A stretch of 64,000 bases of DNA from an uncultured Methanomicrobiaceae archaeon (GCA_963826525.1 CAWGXH010000004.1:800001-864000); one strand, 5' to 3'. Shown: positions 10,368 through 21,007, counted from the first letter of the stretch. Notes: generated from the sequence alone by a model not told the origin. A program made the numbers and translations.

Positions 10368-11982
10368 CGGGGGCTCGCTCTTCTTCTGCACGGAATACTG
10401 CTCGGCGAGCTTGCGAAGATCCCGCACTTTCGCGTTGGCCGCCTCGATGATGGAGAGGACTTCGAGGTAGCGGCTGTCCGCAAGATCGCCTTCTCCGCGG
10501 AGACTCGTGAGCTGCTCGCGGTACTGCTCGTTGATGGCGCGCTGCAGGTCGATATCCCGGGCGCGGAGTTCCGTGACCGTTGTATCGAGGATCTCGGGGA
10601 AGAAGAGCCCGAGCCCGACAATATTTTCTTCGAGGATCCGGTAAACGCTCTCCGTCCGCGCCGCCAGGGCAGCAGGGGTAGTCTTTCCGTTCCGGGACGC
10701 TCGGTGGAAGAACTCGCCGAGCTCCACCCCGAGGTCGCCGAGCCGCTCGATCTCGTTCGACATCCGGACCAGGAAGACCACCTCCTGAGCCTCCCGGTCG
10801 GAGAGCGATCGCTTGGAGATCGTCCGGAGCGCCTGCTCGATCCGGCCATCCAGATAGTCGTTCAGGCTATCGAGTCTCTCGACCATCTGGTAGTCTGCCT
10901 CTTTTCCCGTGGCGAGGTAGGTCATCGCCGCCCGGAAGAGGTCGAGCGTGACCTCGTGGGCATGTTTGAGCTCCTTTCTTATCAGGTCGAACCCGTGGTG
11001 CGTATCGGCGGGGACGCCGCCCTCAAGGTAGCGTGTCCGCATCAGGATCTCAGGCTCGCTGCCGGGCACCGCCCATTCCACAACCCGTTTGAACTGCCCG
11101 ATGATGATGAGGAAGACCGCCGCCGCTATCAGGTTGAAGATGAGGTGGGCGTTTGCCACCATCTGCGCCTCGGTCCCGCCGATCATCTCCACAAGGCCGG
11201 TGAACGGCACGAGGAACGGCAGGATCAGGAGCACGCCCCCGAGGTTGAAGATGAAGTGGGCTGCCGCCGCCCGCCGGGAGTAGAGGTTCATCCGGGCGGA
11301 GGCGATGAGCGTCGTCGTGGTCGACCCGATGTTTGCGCCGAGCAGGATCGGGATCGCCTGCGGGAGGGTGAGCAGCCCCTGCTGGGCGAGGACGACGACG
11401 ATGCCGGTCGTGACGGAGCTCGACTGCACCAGAGTGGTGAAGAGAAACCCTATCAGGATAGCGAGCGGGAGCGCCGAGAACTCGGTGATAAGTCCGATGA
11501 TCTCGGGATCGCTCTGGAACGGCGCGAGCGCCGTCGATATGAGGTTTAAGGCTGAAGAAGACGAGGCCGAAGTAGAAGAGGGGCTTACCCAGGAACTTAT
11601 ACCGGCCGCCGAAGATCCCGATGAGAAAGCCGACCGGGATCAGCACCTGCCCGAAGGCCGTCATCTTGAAGGCGACGAGCTGGGCGGTGACGGTCGTCCC
11701 GATGTTCGAGCCGATGATGATTCCGAGGCTCTGGAGAAACGAGAGCGTCCCGGCGTTGACGAGCCCGATGGTGATGATCGTCGTCGCCGCGCTCGACTGG
11801 ACGAGGGCGGTGACGCCGGCGCCGAGGAGCGCACCGAGAACCGGCCGCTTCGTCACTCTGCCGAGGATCCTGTTGAAACTTCCCTTCGCGACTGCCAGGA
11901 TCTCACGGGAGAAGTTCTCTATCCCGTAGAAGAAGAGGATCAGGCCGGGAATGATGGCGAATACGAGCTCCCACGGAACCAT
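10203..11982 (-). CDS. Na+/Pi cotransporter (NptA-like) with PhoU-type C-terminus; frameshift near 11547; 3' end uncertain (probably near 10355)
   Basis: Two 'QSS' repeats with 'GSNIGTT'/'GANIGST', 'IERLGD' PhoU-like helix; split over ORFs 11050-11982 and 10203-11429. Confidence 0.85.
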
Positions 11983-12051
11983 GGCATACTCGGAAAGGTA
12001 CTAGGAGATGCAGACGGAAAAAGGGAGATGAATTGCACCGGTGCGGTATTG

Positions 12052-12540
12052 CTATTCTATCCGCTTCGCAATCGTCTCGATCGCCTCCAGTAGCGTTCGC
12101 TTCCTCGGCTTGATGAGTGCGACCGGGCAGTCGACGATCTTCTCGACGATGGGCGCGAGGATAGGAGCGCAGATGATCCCGAGCGCTCCCTCTTTGTCCG
12201 CCCGGACGGCGGCGATGATGCACTCGTCGAGCGACTCCGCCGAGTAGCCGCGGATCCGGTAGGTCGCATTGCCGACCGGGATCTCCCGGTTGTCGAGTTC
12301 ATCGAGGAGGAACCGGGCGGCGATCACCGCGATGAAACTCTGCTCGCGGGGTTCGAGGACACCGACGATCTTCTTCACGGTGGAGAGCCGGGGGTCGGCT
12401 TTGCCGCTCGTCAGCTTGTAGAGGGTCGCCACCGGGATCTCTGCGAGATCCGCAAGCTCCCTGATGCTCATATCCCGGCGCCGGAGTTCCTCCTCGAGAG
12501 CCGTCGAAAAGTCGGCCTCGAAGATCCTTCTCGAGAACAT
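12052..12540 (-). CDS. XRE-type HTH transcriptional regulator with C-terminal putative effector domain
   Basis: 'MSIRELADLAEIPVATLYKLTSGKADPRLSTVKKI' HTH; divergent from the CoM operon. Confidence 0.85.
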   Translation of the reverse strand: MFSRRIFEADFSTALEEELRRRDMSIRELADLAEIPVATLYKLTSGKADPRLSTVKKIVGVLEPREQSFIAVIAARFLLDELDNREIPVGNATYRIRGYSAESLDECIIAAVRADKEGALGIICAPILAPIVEKIVDCPVALIKPRKRTLLEAIETIAKRIE

Positions 12541-12543
12541 TAC

Positions 12544-12557
12544 TCTACTTTAGTAGA
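12544..12557. promoter_or_regulatory. Palindrome TCTACT-N2-AGTAGA, candidate operator
   Basis: Perfect 6-bp inverted repeat 3 nt upstream of the regulator ATG, in the divergent promoter region. Confidence 0.45.
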
Positions 12558-12645
12558 ATTATTGTGGATAAACATTTCCTTGGTGGTTAATATATGGCGA
12601 CAACAAAGCGAATCATTATGCCTGATCTGCGATCATTGAACAGCT

Positions 12646-13425
12646 ATGAGGACCGGGACGATCCGGGAGATCACCATCCTGCCGGGAAGGAACCGGGCGG
12701 GAGATCCCGAAAACTTCGGATCACTTGTGATCCGGCCGGGCGAGACCATCTCCATCGTCGGCCCGACCGGCTCGGGGAAGAGCGCATTCATAAGCGACAT
12801 CGAGATATTCGCGAGGAACGACACCGTCACCGGGAGGACGGTGCTGGTGAACGGCGAGCTCCCGCCGGAGGAGTTTGTCCGCGACCCGGCAAAGAAACCC
12901 GTCGCCCTGATAACCCAGAACACCAAGTGCCTCGCCGACCTGACGGTTGCCGCATTCCTCGAGATGCACGTCCGTTCCCGGAAGATCGAGGACGAAACGC
13001 TCGTTCGAAAGACGATCGATCTCGCCAACGAGTTTACGGGCGAAAAGATCCATGGTGAGACACGGATGACATCGCTCTCGGGTGGGCAGACCCGTTCGCT
13101 GCTGGTGGCGGATGCCATCACCGTCAGCAACGCTCCTATACTCCTCCTCGACGAGGTGGAGAACGCCGGGATCTTCAAAGACCGGGTGATCGAGATCCTG
13201 CGGGAGTACGGGAAGGCAGTGATCTTCGTCACCCACGACCCCCTCGTCTCGCTCCTCTCCACCCGCCGGATCGTGATGAAGAACGGCGCGGTCGAGAGCG
13301 TGCTCGAACCCGGCGACCGTGAAGCGGAGGCGCTCGCGGCAGCGCTGCGGCTTGACGGGATCCTGGCCCGGATGCGGGAGCGGATCCGGGCAGGCGAGTT
13401 GATCACCGATCCGGCATTTGCATGA
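12646..13425 (+). CDS. Stand-alone ABC-type ATPase (no permease in operon)
   Basis: Walker A GPTGSGKS, Q-loop ITQN, LSGGQ, Walker B LLLDE, H-loop VTHD. Confidence 0.85.
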   Translation: MRTGTIREITILPGRNRAGDPENFGSLVIRPGETISIVGPTGSGKSAFISDIEIFARNDTVTGRTVLVNGELPPEEFVRDPAKKPVALITQNTKCLADLTVAAFLEMHVRSRKIEDETLVRKTIDLANEFTGEKIHGETRMTSLSGGQTRSLLVADAITVSNAPILLLDEVENAGIFKDRVIEILREYGKAVIFVTHDPLVSLLSTRRIVMKNGAVESVLEPGDREAEALAAALRLDGILARMRERIRAGELITDPAFA

Positions 13426-14130
13426 AGCTCGATCATCATCGCCGGCCCGCCGTCATCCGGGAAGACGGCGGTCGTCAGGCAGATCGTCAGGGGACTGCAG
13501 AGGGAGCATGCGATCGCATACCTCAAGATCGATGTCGTCCGGGCGTTCGAGGACGAGGAGATCCGGGCTGAGTTCTCGCTCCCCACCCGGAAGGTCTACT
13601 CCGGTGACCTCTGCCCCGATCACGCGGGCGTGACGGTGATGCGGGATGCAATCGCCTGGGCGGAGAGCGAGGGCGCAGACCTTTTGATCGTCGAGAGCGC
13701 CGGCCTCTGCCTCCGCTGCTCGCCCTACACCACCCAGGCGCTTGGGGTCGTGGTCATATCCGCTGTTTCGGGGACGAACACCCCTTTAAAGATGGCGGCC
13801 ATGCTGGCGCTCGCCGATTGTGCGGTCGTCACCCGGATCGATCTCGTCTCTCAGGCTGAGAAAGAGGTCTTCCGCGAAAGAATACGGGAGGTAAACCCCG
13901 CGCTCGATATCGTGGAGACGAACGCCGTCCAGGGCACCGGAATGCGGTATCTCCTCCGGGCGATCGAGGAGTTTCCGGAGATCGACGACCCGGATGCGAT
14001 CGTCCTCCGGGGTGTTCCGCCGCTCGGTGTCTGCACCATCTGCATCGGCAGGACCGAGATCGGGTGGCAGCATCACTTCGGCGTCGTCAGGAAGCTCGAG
14101 GGCGCCGACTATCTCTATCGGGGGGAGTAG
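13422..14130 (+). CDS. HypB/UreG-like (G3E) GTP-binding protein; +1 frameshift near 13431
   Basis: ATG 13422 MKL, then shifted frame IIIAGPPSSGKT...LCPDH...ESAGLCLRCSP...TRID...CTIC. Confidence 0.85.
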
Positions 14131-14133
14131 CGG

Positions 14134-14754
14134 ATGGCGTGGACACCCCCGGGGAAAGACTGCGGCGCCTGCGGCGCCCCGACCTGCGAAGCGTTCCTCG
14201 CCCTGGTCAGGACCGGGGAGCGGGAGCGTGCGGACTGCATCTTCTATGAGGAAGCACCGGTCAGGCCTGGGTATGCCCCGGAAGCGCGGCATGCGGAGAG
14301 AGATATTCTTGGGGGAGGCTACGACTTCATCCTCGAACCGCTCCCCGGCGAAGTCTCCGCGAGGAAGATCGTCCTCCCGTTCCGCCCCGACCTCGTCGAG
14401 GCCTGGAATATTCATGAGGGCGACATCGTCGTCGGGAGACCCGTGGGCGCCGGCTGTCCGGTCCAGCACGTCCTCCGCGTCATTCACGCAAGCCCCGTAT
14501 CGGGGCTCCTCACCTGCTTCGTCGTCGGGCCGCAGGCATCCCGGGGCGGAGAGTTTAAGGATATAGAGGCCTACCACATGGTCGGCTTTGAGGGAATCGC
14601 CCGCCCGGTTCTCCGGGAACCGGTCTTCGGGATGCGGCAGCGGTTCCTGCCCGGGTACTGCATGATGAATCTGGCGCACACGGGAGTCGTCAATATGATC
14701 CTCGGGAAGTCGTACGGGCTCCACGTGCGGGTGGAGGATATCAGGTTTCTATGA
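14134..14754 (+). CDS. (Fe-S)-binding protein
   Basis: N-terminal PGKDCGACGAPTC...C Fe-S domain; further 'GAGCPVQH' and 'CMM..HTG'. Confidence 0.8.
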   Translation: MAWTPPGKDCGACGAPTCEAFLALVRTGERERADCIFYEEAPVRPGYAPEARHAERDILGGGYDFILEPLPGEVSARKIVLPFRPDLVEAWNIHEGDIVVGRPVGAGCPVQHVLRVIHASPVSGLLTCFVVGPQASRGGEFKDIEAYHMVGFEGIARPVLREPVFGMRQRFLPGYCMMNLAHTGVVNMILGKSYGLHVRVEDIRFL

Positions 14755-15992
14755 AGACGGTTCAGGAGATTCAAGAGAAGATATGGAAGGGCGAGGCGGT
14801 CGTGTACACCGCTGCCGAGTTCAAGGGGCTCGTCCGCGAAGGGCAGACGCTCTCGGCGGCCGACGTCGACGTGGTTACCACCGGGACCTGCGGGGTGGTA
14901 TCGGGCACTGCTGCCATCCTCTCGGTGCCGGTCGCTCCCCCGGGGAGCTTTGAGCGGGCGGAGAAGGTCTGGCTCAACGGTGTGCCGTGCTTCCCCGGCC
15001 CCTGCCCGAACGAACGGCTCGGCCTCGTCGACCTCATCGTTTCGGGCACCGCCCATGCCGGGATGGACTACGGGGGGGGCCACCTCCTCCGCGATATCAT
15101 CGCCGGAAACCCGGTCGAGGTCGTCGTCGAGGCGAGAGACCAGACCTTTGAGGCAACGGTCACGCTCGGCGATCTCCCCTTCGCCCGGATGTTTACGACC
15201 AGGAGCGCCTTTAAAAACTATACGGCGTTCGTGAACCGCCGGTCGACGACCGTCGCCACCATCTTCTCGGTGCGGGGGCTCGCCGGGCCGTGCCGCGAGG
15301 TCTCGGTGAGCGGCTGCGGTGAGATAAATCCCCTGCAGAACGACCCTGCCCGGCTCTCCATTCTGACGGGCTCGCCGATCCTCCTGAACGGGGCGGCCGG
15401 GATAGTCGTCGGAGAGGGGACGCGGAGCAGTCCCGAGAGGCCGAACCTCTCCGTCAGCGCCGACATCGCGGGGATGCAGCCGCAGTACCTCGGCGGTTTT
15501 CGGACGTCGGCATCGCCGGAGTGCTTCATCAGCATCGCCGCTCCCATCCCGGTCCTCGACGACCGGCAGATTGCAATGCTCTCCGTCCTCGACGAGGAGA
15601 TATCCCTCCCGATCGCCGATATCAACGACCGGGCGGTTCTCGGAGAGGGAACCTACGGGGAGGTCTGGCAGAAGACAGATATGTGCGTGCAGTACTACCC
15701 CGACTGGTGCGAGGACTGCTCCGTCTGCGTTGCCGGCGAGACCTGTCCGACCGGGGCATTCTCGAAAGGGAAGGGTATCGACCGGAGCCGCTGCCTCGAC
15801 TGCGGCACCTGCCTCTCTGTCTGTCCGGGCAGCGCCTTTGAGGGCGATTACGGCGCTCTCCGGATCCGCGGCCGGAAGATTCCAATCACGCTCCGGCAGT
15901 CCAGCCGCCGGAGGGCGGAGGAGATCTGCAGCGATCTGAAGGAACAGATCCTGGAGGGGCGGTTCCTGCTCACCGGAGGTGAGCGGTCGTGA
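14751..15992 (+). CDS. Methanogenesis marker 16 metalloprotein (coenzyme M synthase, ComF-like)
   Basis: 'DVDVVTTGTCG', 'GPCPNERLG', 'YGGGHL', 'SGCGEINPLQND'; two C-terminal 4Fe-4S motifs; adjacent to cysteate synthase and comDE. Confidence 0.9.
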   Translation: MKTVQEIQEKIWKGEAVVYTAAEFKGLVREGQTLSAADVDVVTTGTCGVVSGTAAILSVPVAPPGSFERAEKVWLNGVPCFPGPCPNERLGLVDLIVSGTAHAGMDYGGGHLLRDIIAGNPVEVVVEARDQTFEATVTLGDLPFARMFTTRSAFKNYTAFVNRRSTTVATIFSVRGLAGPCREVSVSGCGEINPLQNDPARLSILTGSPILLNGAAGIVVGEGTRSSPERPNLSVSADIAGMQPQYLGGFRTSASPECFISIAAPIPVLDDRQIAMLSVLDEEISLPIADINDRAVLGEGTYGEVWQKTDMCVQYYPDWCEDCSVCVAGETCPTGAFSKGKGIDRSRCLDCGTCLSVCPGSAFEGDYGALRIRGRKIPITLRQSSRRRAEEICSDLKEQILEGRFLLTGGERS

Positions 15993-17263
15993 CGGAGAAG
16001 TACCGGCTGCAGTGCCCCGGGTGCTGGGTCTCGTTTGACGACCACTACACTCTCGACTGCCCGATGGGGTGCCGTGCGCTGATCCGGACGTACTACCAGA
16101 AGCGGCAGCTCGACGTCAAAGAGCTCCCCGGGATCTTCCGCTACATCGACTGGCTTCCTATCGAGCACCCGCTCCCGCTCGATGCGGGCCCCGTCTCCTA
16201 CCGGAGCGAAGCGTTTGCGCGGGAGCTCGGCCTTGATCATCTTATTGTGACGTTCTCGGGCTACTGGCCGGAACGGGGGGGAAGATCCTGACCTGTTCGT
16301 TCAAGGAGCTTGAGGCCATACCGACCATCATCCGCCTGCGGGAGAAGGGTGCGGGCATCCTGCAGATCTCCTCGGCAGGCAACACGGGACGGGCGTTCTG
16401 CCAGATGTCGGCATTGACCGGGGTGCCGGTCGTGGTCGTCGTTCCTGCTTCATGCCGTGATCGCCTCTGGACGACCGAAGAGGCAGAGAATGTCTGCATG
16501 ATCACGATCGAGGGCGATTACACCGACGCTATCGCCCTCGGAAGGGAGGTATGCACCCTCCCCGGCCTCGTCCCCGAAGGCGGCGCGAGGAACGTCGCCC
16601 GCCGCGACGGGATGGGGACGACGATGCTCGACGGCACGCTGGCGGCCGGCAGGCTGCCTGAATATTACTTCCAGGCCGTCGGGAGCGGAACCGGCGGGAT
16701 CGCCGCATGGGAGGCTGCCGAACGGCTGATCGGCGACGGGCGGTTCGGCACGCACCGGCCGGAGCTGCACCTCTCCCAGAACGTCCCCTTCATCCCGATG
16801 GTGCGGGCGTGGGAGGCCGGGCGCGATCGGATAACCCCTGCGGACATGCCCGATGCAGAGCGGGCGATCGCATCGGTCTCTGCCGATGTGCTCACGAACC
16901 GCGATCCGCCCTACGCCGTGAAGGGCGGGGTGTACGACGCCCTCACCGCGACTTCCGGAAGGATGTATGCGGTCACCAACGACGAGGCGAGGGCTGCCGG
17001 GGCGCTCTTCACCGCCCTTGAGGGGATTGACCTCGACCCGGCGGCCGCCGTCGCCGTCGGCTCGCTCGTCCGGGCGGTCGACGAGGGCACTATCGACCCC
17101 GCGAAAGTCGTCCTTCTCAATATCACCGGCGGCGGTTACGACCGCGTCCGGGAAGATTTCACGCAGCACCGGATCGAACCGTTCCTCCGCCTCTCCGCCG
17201 GAGCCGGGATTGAGGAGGAGGTGCGGGGCGAGGCTTGAAGGGTGGGTGGCTTCCCATGCATGA
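15989..17263 (+). CDS. Cysteate synthase (frameshifts in G runs near 16280 and 17226)
   Basis: Threonine-synthase-like; 'GYWPERG', 'TCSFKELEA', 'SAGNTGRAF', 'EGGARNVARRDGMGT', 'YFQAVGSGTGGIAAWEA'. Confidence 0.9.
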
Positions 17264-18383
17264 GACCTGCGTCCTCGACCGGCTCTCCGGTCAGGGGGTC
17301 GAGACCGTGGTATCCCTCCCCTGCGACAGGACGCAGGATCTCTGCTTCCTCTTTCCGGAACGGTTCCACACGGTCGATCTCACCCGGGAGGAGGACGGTG
17401 TCGGTATCTGCGCCGGGCTCGTCCTCGCCGGAGGACGGCCGGTGCTCCATATGCAGAGTTCGGGTCTCGGGAACTCCCTGAATGCGATCATGTCCCTGAC
17501 GGTAACCTTCGGTCTGCCGCTTCCGATCCTCGCGAGCTGGCGGGGCGTCTACAAAGAGGCGATCCCCGCCCAGATCCCGTTTAACAGGGCGGTTCCGGGA
17601 GTGCTCGATGCGCTCGGCATCCCCTATACGATCATCCGCGATAGCAGAGAGGATGACCTGATCGACGCCGTCATCGAGAACGCTTACGGGGAGATGCGCC
17701 CGCACGTGGCTCTCATCTCGCCCGCTTTCTGGGAGGGGGCGGAGGATGCCTGCCCGGCCGCGAAGCGACCGCTCCCGCCCCGGGGCCGAGAGTCTCTGGT
17801 GGAGTACCGCCGGACTATCAGGGAGCCTGTCATGACCCGGTACGACGCGATCCGGGTGATCGCCGCTCTCCTCGGGGATGAAGCGGTGGTCTCCAACATC
17901 GGTGTCCCGTCAAAGGAGCTCTATGCCGCCCGCGACCGGCCCGAGAACTTCTACATGCTCGGGAGCTACACCCAGGCGACGCCGATCGGCCTCGGCCTCG
18001 CGCTGAAAACCGATCGCGACGTGGTGGTGCTCGACGGTGACGGCAGCCTGCTTGGGACGGCCGTCCTCCCGGTGGTGGCGGCGGAGTCTCCCGGGAATCT
18101 CACTATCGTCTGTCTGGACAACGGTGCCTTCGGCAGCACCGGCAACCAGCCGACGAACGCCTACGGCCAGGTGGACATGGAGTTTCTCGCGATCGCTGCC
18201 GGTATCAGGAATACCGCGAAAGTGCATACGCCGGATGAGCTCCGTGATGCGTGGGAGATGCGGGGGAAGGGCCCGGCCTTCCTGCACGTGATCGTACAAC
18301 CGGGCAACGCACCGGTGCCGAACATCCCGTATGCTCCCGAAGATATCCGGGACCGGTTTATGCAGGCTCTCCGGAGCCCCTGA
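17256..18383 (+). CDS. comDE: Fused sulfopyruvate decarboxylase ComD-ComE
   Basis: 'SLPCD', 'TREEDGVGICAG', 'MQSSGLGN' (alpha part); 'NFYMLGS', 'DGDGSLL...DNG..GSTGNQ' (ThDP motif). Confidence 0.93.
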   Translation: MHETCVLDRLSGQGVETVVSLPCDRTQDLCFLFPERFHTVDLTREEDGVGICAGLVLAGGRPVLHMQSSGLGNSLNAIMSLTVTFGLPLPILASWRGVYKEAIPAQIPFNRAVPGVLDALGIPYTIIRDSREDDLIDAVIENAYGEMRPHVALISPAFWEGAEDACPAAKRPLPPRGRESLVEYRRTIREPVMTRYDAIRVIAALLGDEAVVSNIGVPSKELYAARDRPENFYMLGSYTQATPIGLGLALKTDRDVVVLDGDGSLLGTAVLPVVAAESPGNLTIVCLDNGAFGSTGNQPTNAYGQVDMEFLAIAAGIRNTAKVHTPDELRDAWEMRGKGPAFLHVIVQPGNAPVPNIPYAPEDIRDRFMQALRSP

Positions 18384-18390
18384 ACTCTTT

Positions 18391-19371
18391 TTAGACCAGC
18401 ACCGTCGTGATCAGCGGGATCGTCAGGAGCGATCCGATGGTCGAGACGAAGACGACCTGCGAGGCGAGGCGTGAGTCGGAGCCGTACTGCTCGGCGAAGA
18501 TGACGGTGTTCGCGGCGACGGGCATCGCGGCGAGGGTGATCAGGACGCCGAGGATGAGCGGGTCCGAGACGAAGGGCCGTGCGAGGAACCAGAATATGAC
18601 CGGCACGATGAGGAGCCTGATGGCGCTGACGGCGGCGGTTCGCCAGTTCCCGACCATCTCTCGCGCCGGGAACGTGGCGAGCAGCGCCCCGACGATGATC
18701 ATGGCGAGCGGCGTGGTCACCTCGCCGAGGATCGCGAGCGAGTCGATGAAGGGTGAGGGGATCTCGATCGACCAGAGGAAGAGGAGAAACCCGATCACCG
18801 ACGCGGCGATACCGGGGTTTGCGAGCATCTTCGGGTCGAACCCCTCGCGTCGCCCCTCGGTCATCAGTGCTATCCCGACCGAGAAGACGAGGATGTTGAA
18901 GAGCAGGTTGAAGATGGCGACGAAGAAGAGGGCCTCGGCACCGTAGATCGCCCCGATGACGGGAAAGCCCATGAACCCGACGTTCCCGAAGACGATGGCG
19001 AACTGGAAGACTCCCCTCTCCACAGCCTTGCGGGAGAGCGCCCGGGAGACGAGGTACGCGACGGCGAACGAGAGGAGGTAGAGCGCCCCGCTCAGGAGCA
19101 GCAGTTCCTCGGTGTTCGCGAGGCGGTCAGGGGAGAAGGGTACCTGCATCGAGACGATGATGAGAGCGGGGATCGTGACATTGATGAGCAGTGCCGAGAT
19201 CCGTCCGGTCGAGTGCCGGTCGAGGATGCCGGCGGCGAGGGCGATGTAGCCCGCCGCGATCAGGAGGACGAGGATGAATATCCGGTCCGCCACCGTCAGA
19301 AACTCCGCGATCATCCCGTCCATACCGTCACCCTCCGCCTGTTCCTCAAAGGTGTGCTCCTTATCACCCAT
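18391..19371 (-). CDS. AEC (auxin efflux carrier) family transporter
   Basis: 'FGNVGFMGFP', 'TTPLAMIIVG', 'AMPVAAN'; about 10 hydrophobic helices. Confidence 0.9.
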   Translation of the reverse strand: MGDKEHTFEEQAEGDGMDGMIAEFLTVADRIFILVLLIAAGYIALAAGILDRHSTGRISALLINVTIPALIIVSMQVPFSPDRLANTEELLLLSGALYLLSFAVAYLVSRALSRKAVERGVFQFAIVFGNVGFMGFPVIGAIYGAEALFFVAIFNLLFNILVFSVGIALMTEGRREGFDPKMLANPGIAASVIGFLLFLWSIEIPSPFIDSLAILGEVTTPLAMIIVGALLATFPAREMVGNWRTAAVSAIRLLIVPVIFWFLARPFVSDPLILGVLITLAAMPVAANTVIFAEQYGSDSRLASQVVFVSTIGSLLTIPLITTVLV

Positions 19372-19436
19372 TACGCTTCTGTTCGATGCCGCAAGGACGG
19401 GCAGAGTTTTTCCGTCGGTATCGCCACATCTTTTTC

Positions 19437-19925
19437 ATGTTTGAAAGACCGTGGTACCTCGCCGTATCGGCGCTGATCCGGAACGGTGAGGGGAAGGTGC
19501 TGCTTCTGAAACGCTCGCTCGACGACGAGATCAATCCGGGTAAGTGGGATCTGCCCGGTGGAAAACCCGACCCGGGCGAAACCTTCGAACGTGCTCTTCG
19601 GCGAGAGGTCTACGAGGAAACCGGGATGCACGTTGCGCTCGCGCATGTTGCCGGTGCCGGTGAGTCCGAGCTGCCTGACAAACGGATCGCCTACCTGATC
19701 CTCGCGTGCGACGCCGACACCGGGGGCGTCAGGCTCAGCCCTGAACATTCGGAGTACGCCTGGCTTGCCCCCGGGGAGATTCTCAGCTCGATCTTGCGGA
19801 GCAGTTCGTGCGGTTGTTTGCCAGCCGTGCCATGGAGAGTGCTCCAGAGAATTGCGAGTAGCCCGCTTCTCTCAGAGCCGCCCAATGGTACAACCGCCAA
19901 AGACTGTGGCCATACACCGTTATGA
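19437..19925 (+). CDS. NUDIX hydrolase (3' end uncertain, probable indel near 19785)
   Basis: Nudix box 'PGGKPDPGETFERALRREVYEETG'; 'LSPEHSEYAW'. Confidence 0.85.
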   Translation: MFERPWYLAVSALIRNGEGKVLLLKRSLDDEINPGKWDLPGGKPDPGETFERALRREVYEETGMHVALAHVAGAGESELPDKRIAYLILACDADTGGVRLSPEHSEYAWLAPGEILSSILRSSSCGCLPAVPWRVLQRIASSPLLSEPPNGTTAKDCGHTPL

Positions 19926-20075
19926 ATGCCAGGCCTCACGTTGATGAACGCGCAAGCAACGAACCTGAAGATCTACCCTCTGGTAGCGTACTTCCGGAGA
20001 TGCTCCCAGGAGGCGAAGGCTGCGCCCCGCCACCACGATAACCCTTATCTCCCTCTCGCAAGAGAGATACTATTC

Positions 20076-20981
20076 ATGCTGGATCAGTTCAAAGGCTGTC
20101 TGTTGGGGGCCGCGATCGGTGACGCGCTCGGAATGGCGGGCGAGAGCGGCCCGCCGAGTCTCCAGCGGCTCGGGGAAGGATATCGGCGGGCGTGGCGGGG
20201 ACACCCGAACGCCGGCTTAAAACCCGGACAGTTCACCGACGACACTCAGATGATGCTCATGGTCGCGGAGATGCTCGCCGACGGGACATACACGGACGAG
20301 GCTTACTCCGCCGAGCTCGCCCGGATGTATATGAAAGGGGAGATGCGGTTCCCCGACGGCTCCGTCGGGGCGGCCTGCGAACACCTCCTCTTAAAAGGCC
20401 CGAAGGGTAGTGGGGTGAACTCGAACACCGCCGGGTGCATTAGTATCGGGATTCCGTTCGCTCTGCTCTACGACGACCCCGTCGAGGTCACCGAACGGGT
20501 GGCCACGGCATGTAGCATCACCCATACCCACCCGGCCGCTCACGCCGGGGCGATCACCGTTGCCATGCTGATCCACTACACTATCCGCGGGTATCCCGAC
20601 ACCCTCGAGCTCGCCCAGAGGAACGCCACATTCGAGGATGTCGTCCTCGGCAACAAGATCCGCGACGCCCTCCGGATCGAGCGGGAGGGTATCAGCCTCG
20701 ATAGTGCGCTCTCGGTGCTTGGGAACGACGTCACCGTCTACCAGACCGTGCCGCTTGCCTTCTTCCTCGCGAGCCGGATCACCGATATCGACGACCTGCT
20801 CTCCACGGCTTCGAACGTCGGCGGCAACACCGATACGATCGCGCTCATCTGTGGTGCGTATGCCGGGGCAAAATACGGAAAGGGAATATTCCGGTCGGAT
20901 CTCACGGATGGGCTCGAGGATAGAGAGCGCATTGAAAATATCGCAAACCGGCTCTACCAACGCTACACCGAAAAGGGTTAA
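20076..20981 (+). CDS. ADP-ribosylglycohydrolase family protein
   Basis: 'GCLLGAAIGDALG', 'GQFTDDTQ', 'ITH', 'GGNTDT'. Confidence 0.9.
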   Translation: MLDQFKGCLLGAAIGDALGMAGESGPPSLQRLGEGYRRAWRGHPNAGLKPGQFTDDTQMMLMVAEMLADGTYTDEAYSAELARMYMKGEMRFPDGSVGAACEHLLLKGPKGSGVNSNTAGCISIGIPFALLYDDPVEVTERVATACSITHTHPAAHAGAITVAMLIHYTIRGYPDTLELAQRNATFEDVVLGNKIRDALRIEREGISLDSALSVLGNDVTVYQTVPLAFFLASRITDIDDLLSTASNVGGNTDTIALICGAYAGAKYGKGIFRSDLTDGLEDRERIENIANRLYQRYTEKG

Positions 20982-21007
20982 GTTTTTAAAAAAGCCACAT
21001 GTGTTTC

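Noticed and set aside
16270-16290. Programmed frameshifting in cysteate synthase, trpB or purF
   Set aside because: No consistent slippery heptamer or stimulator; indels are scattered across unrelated genes
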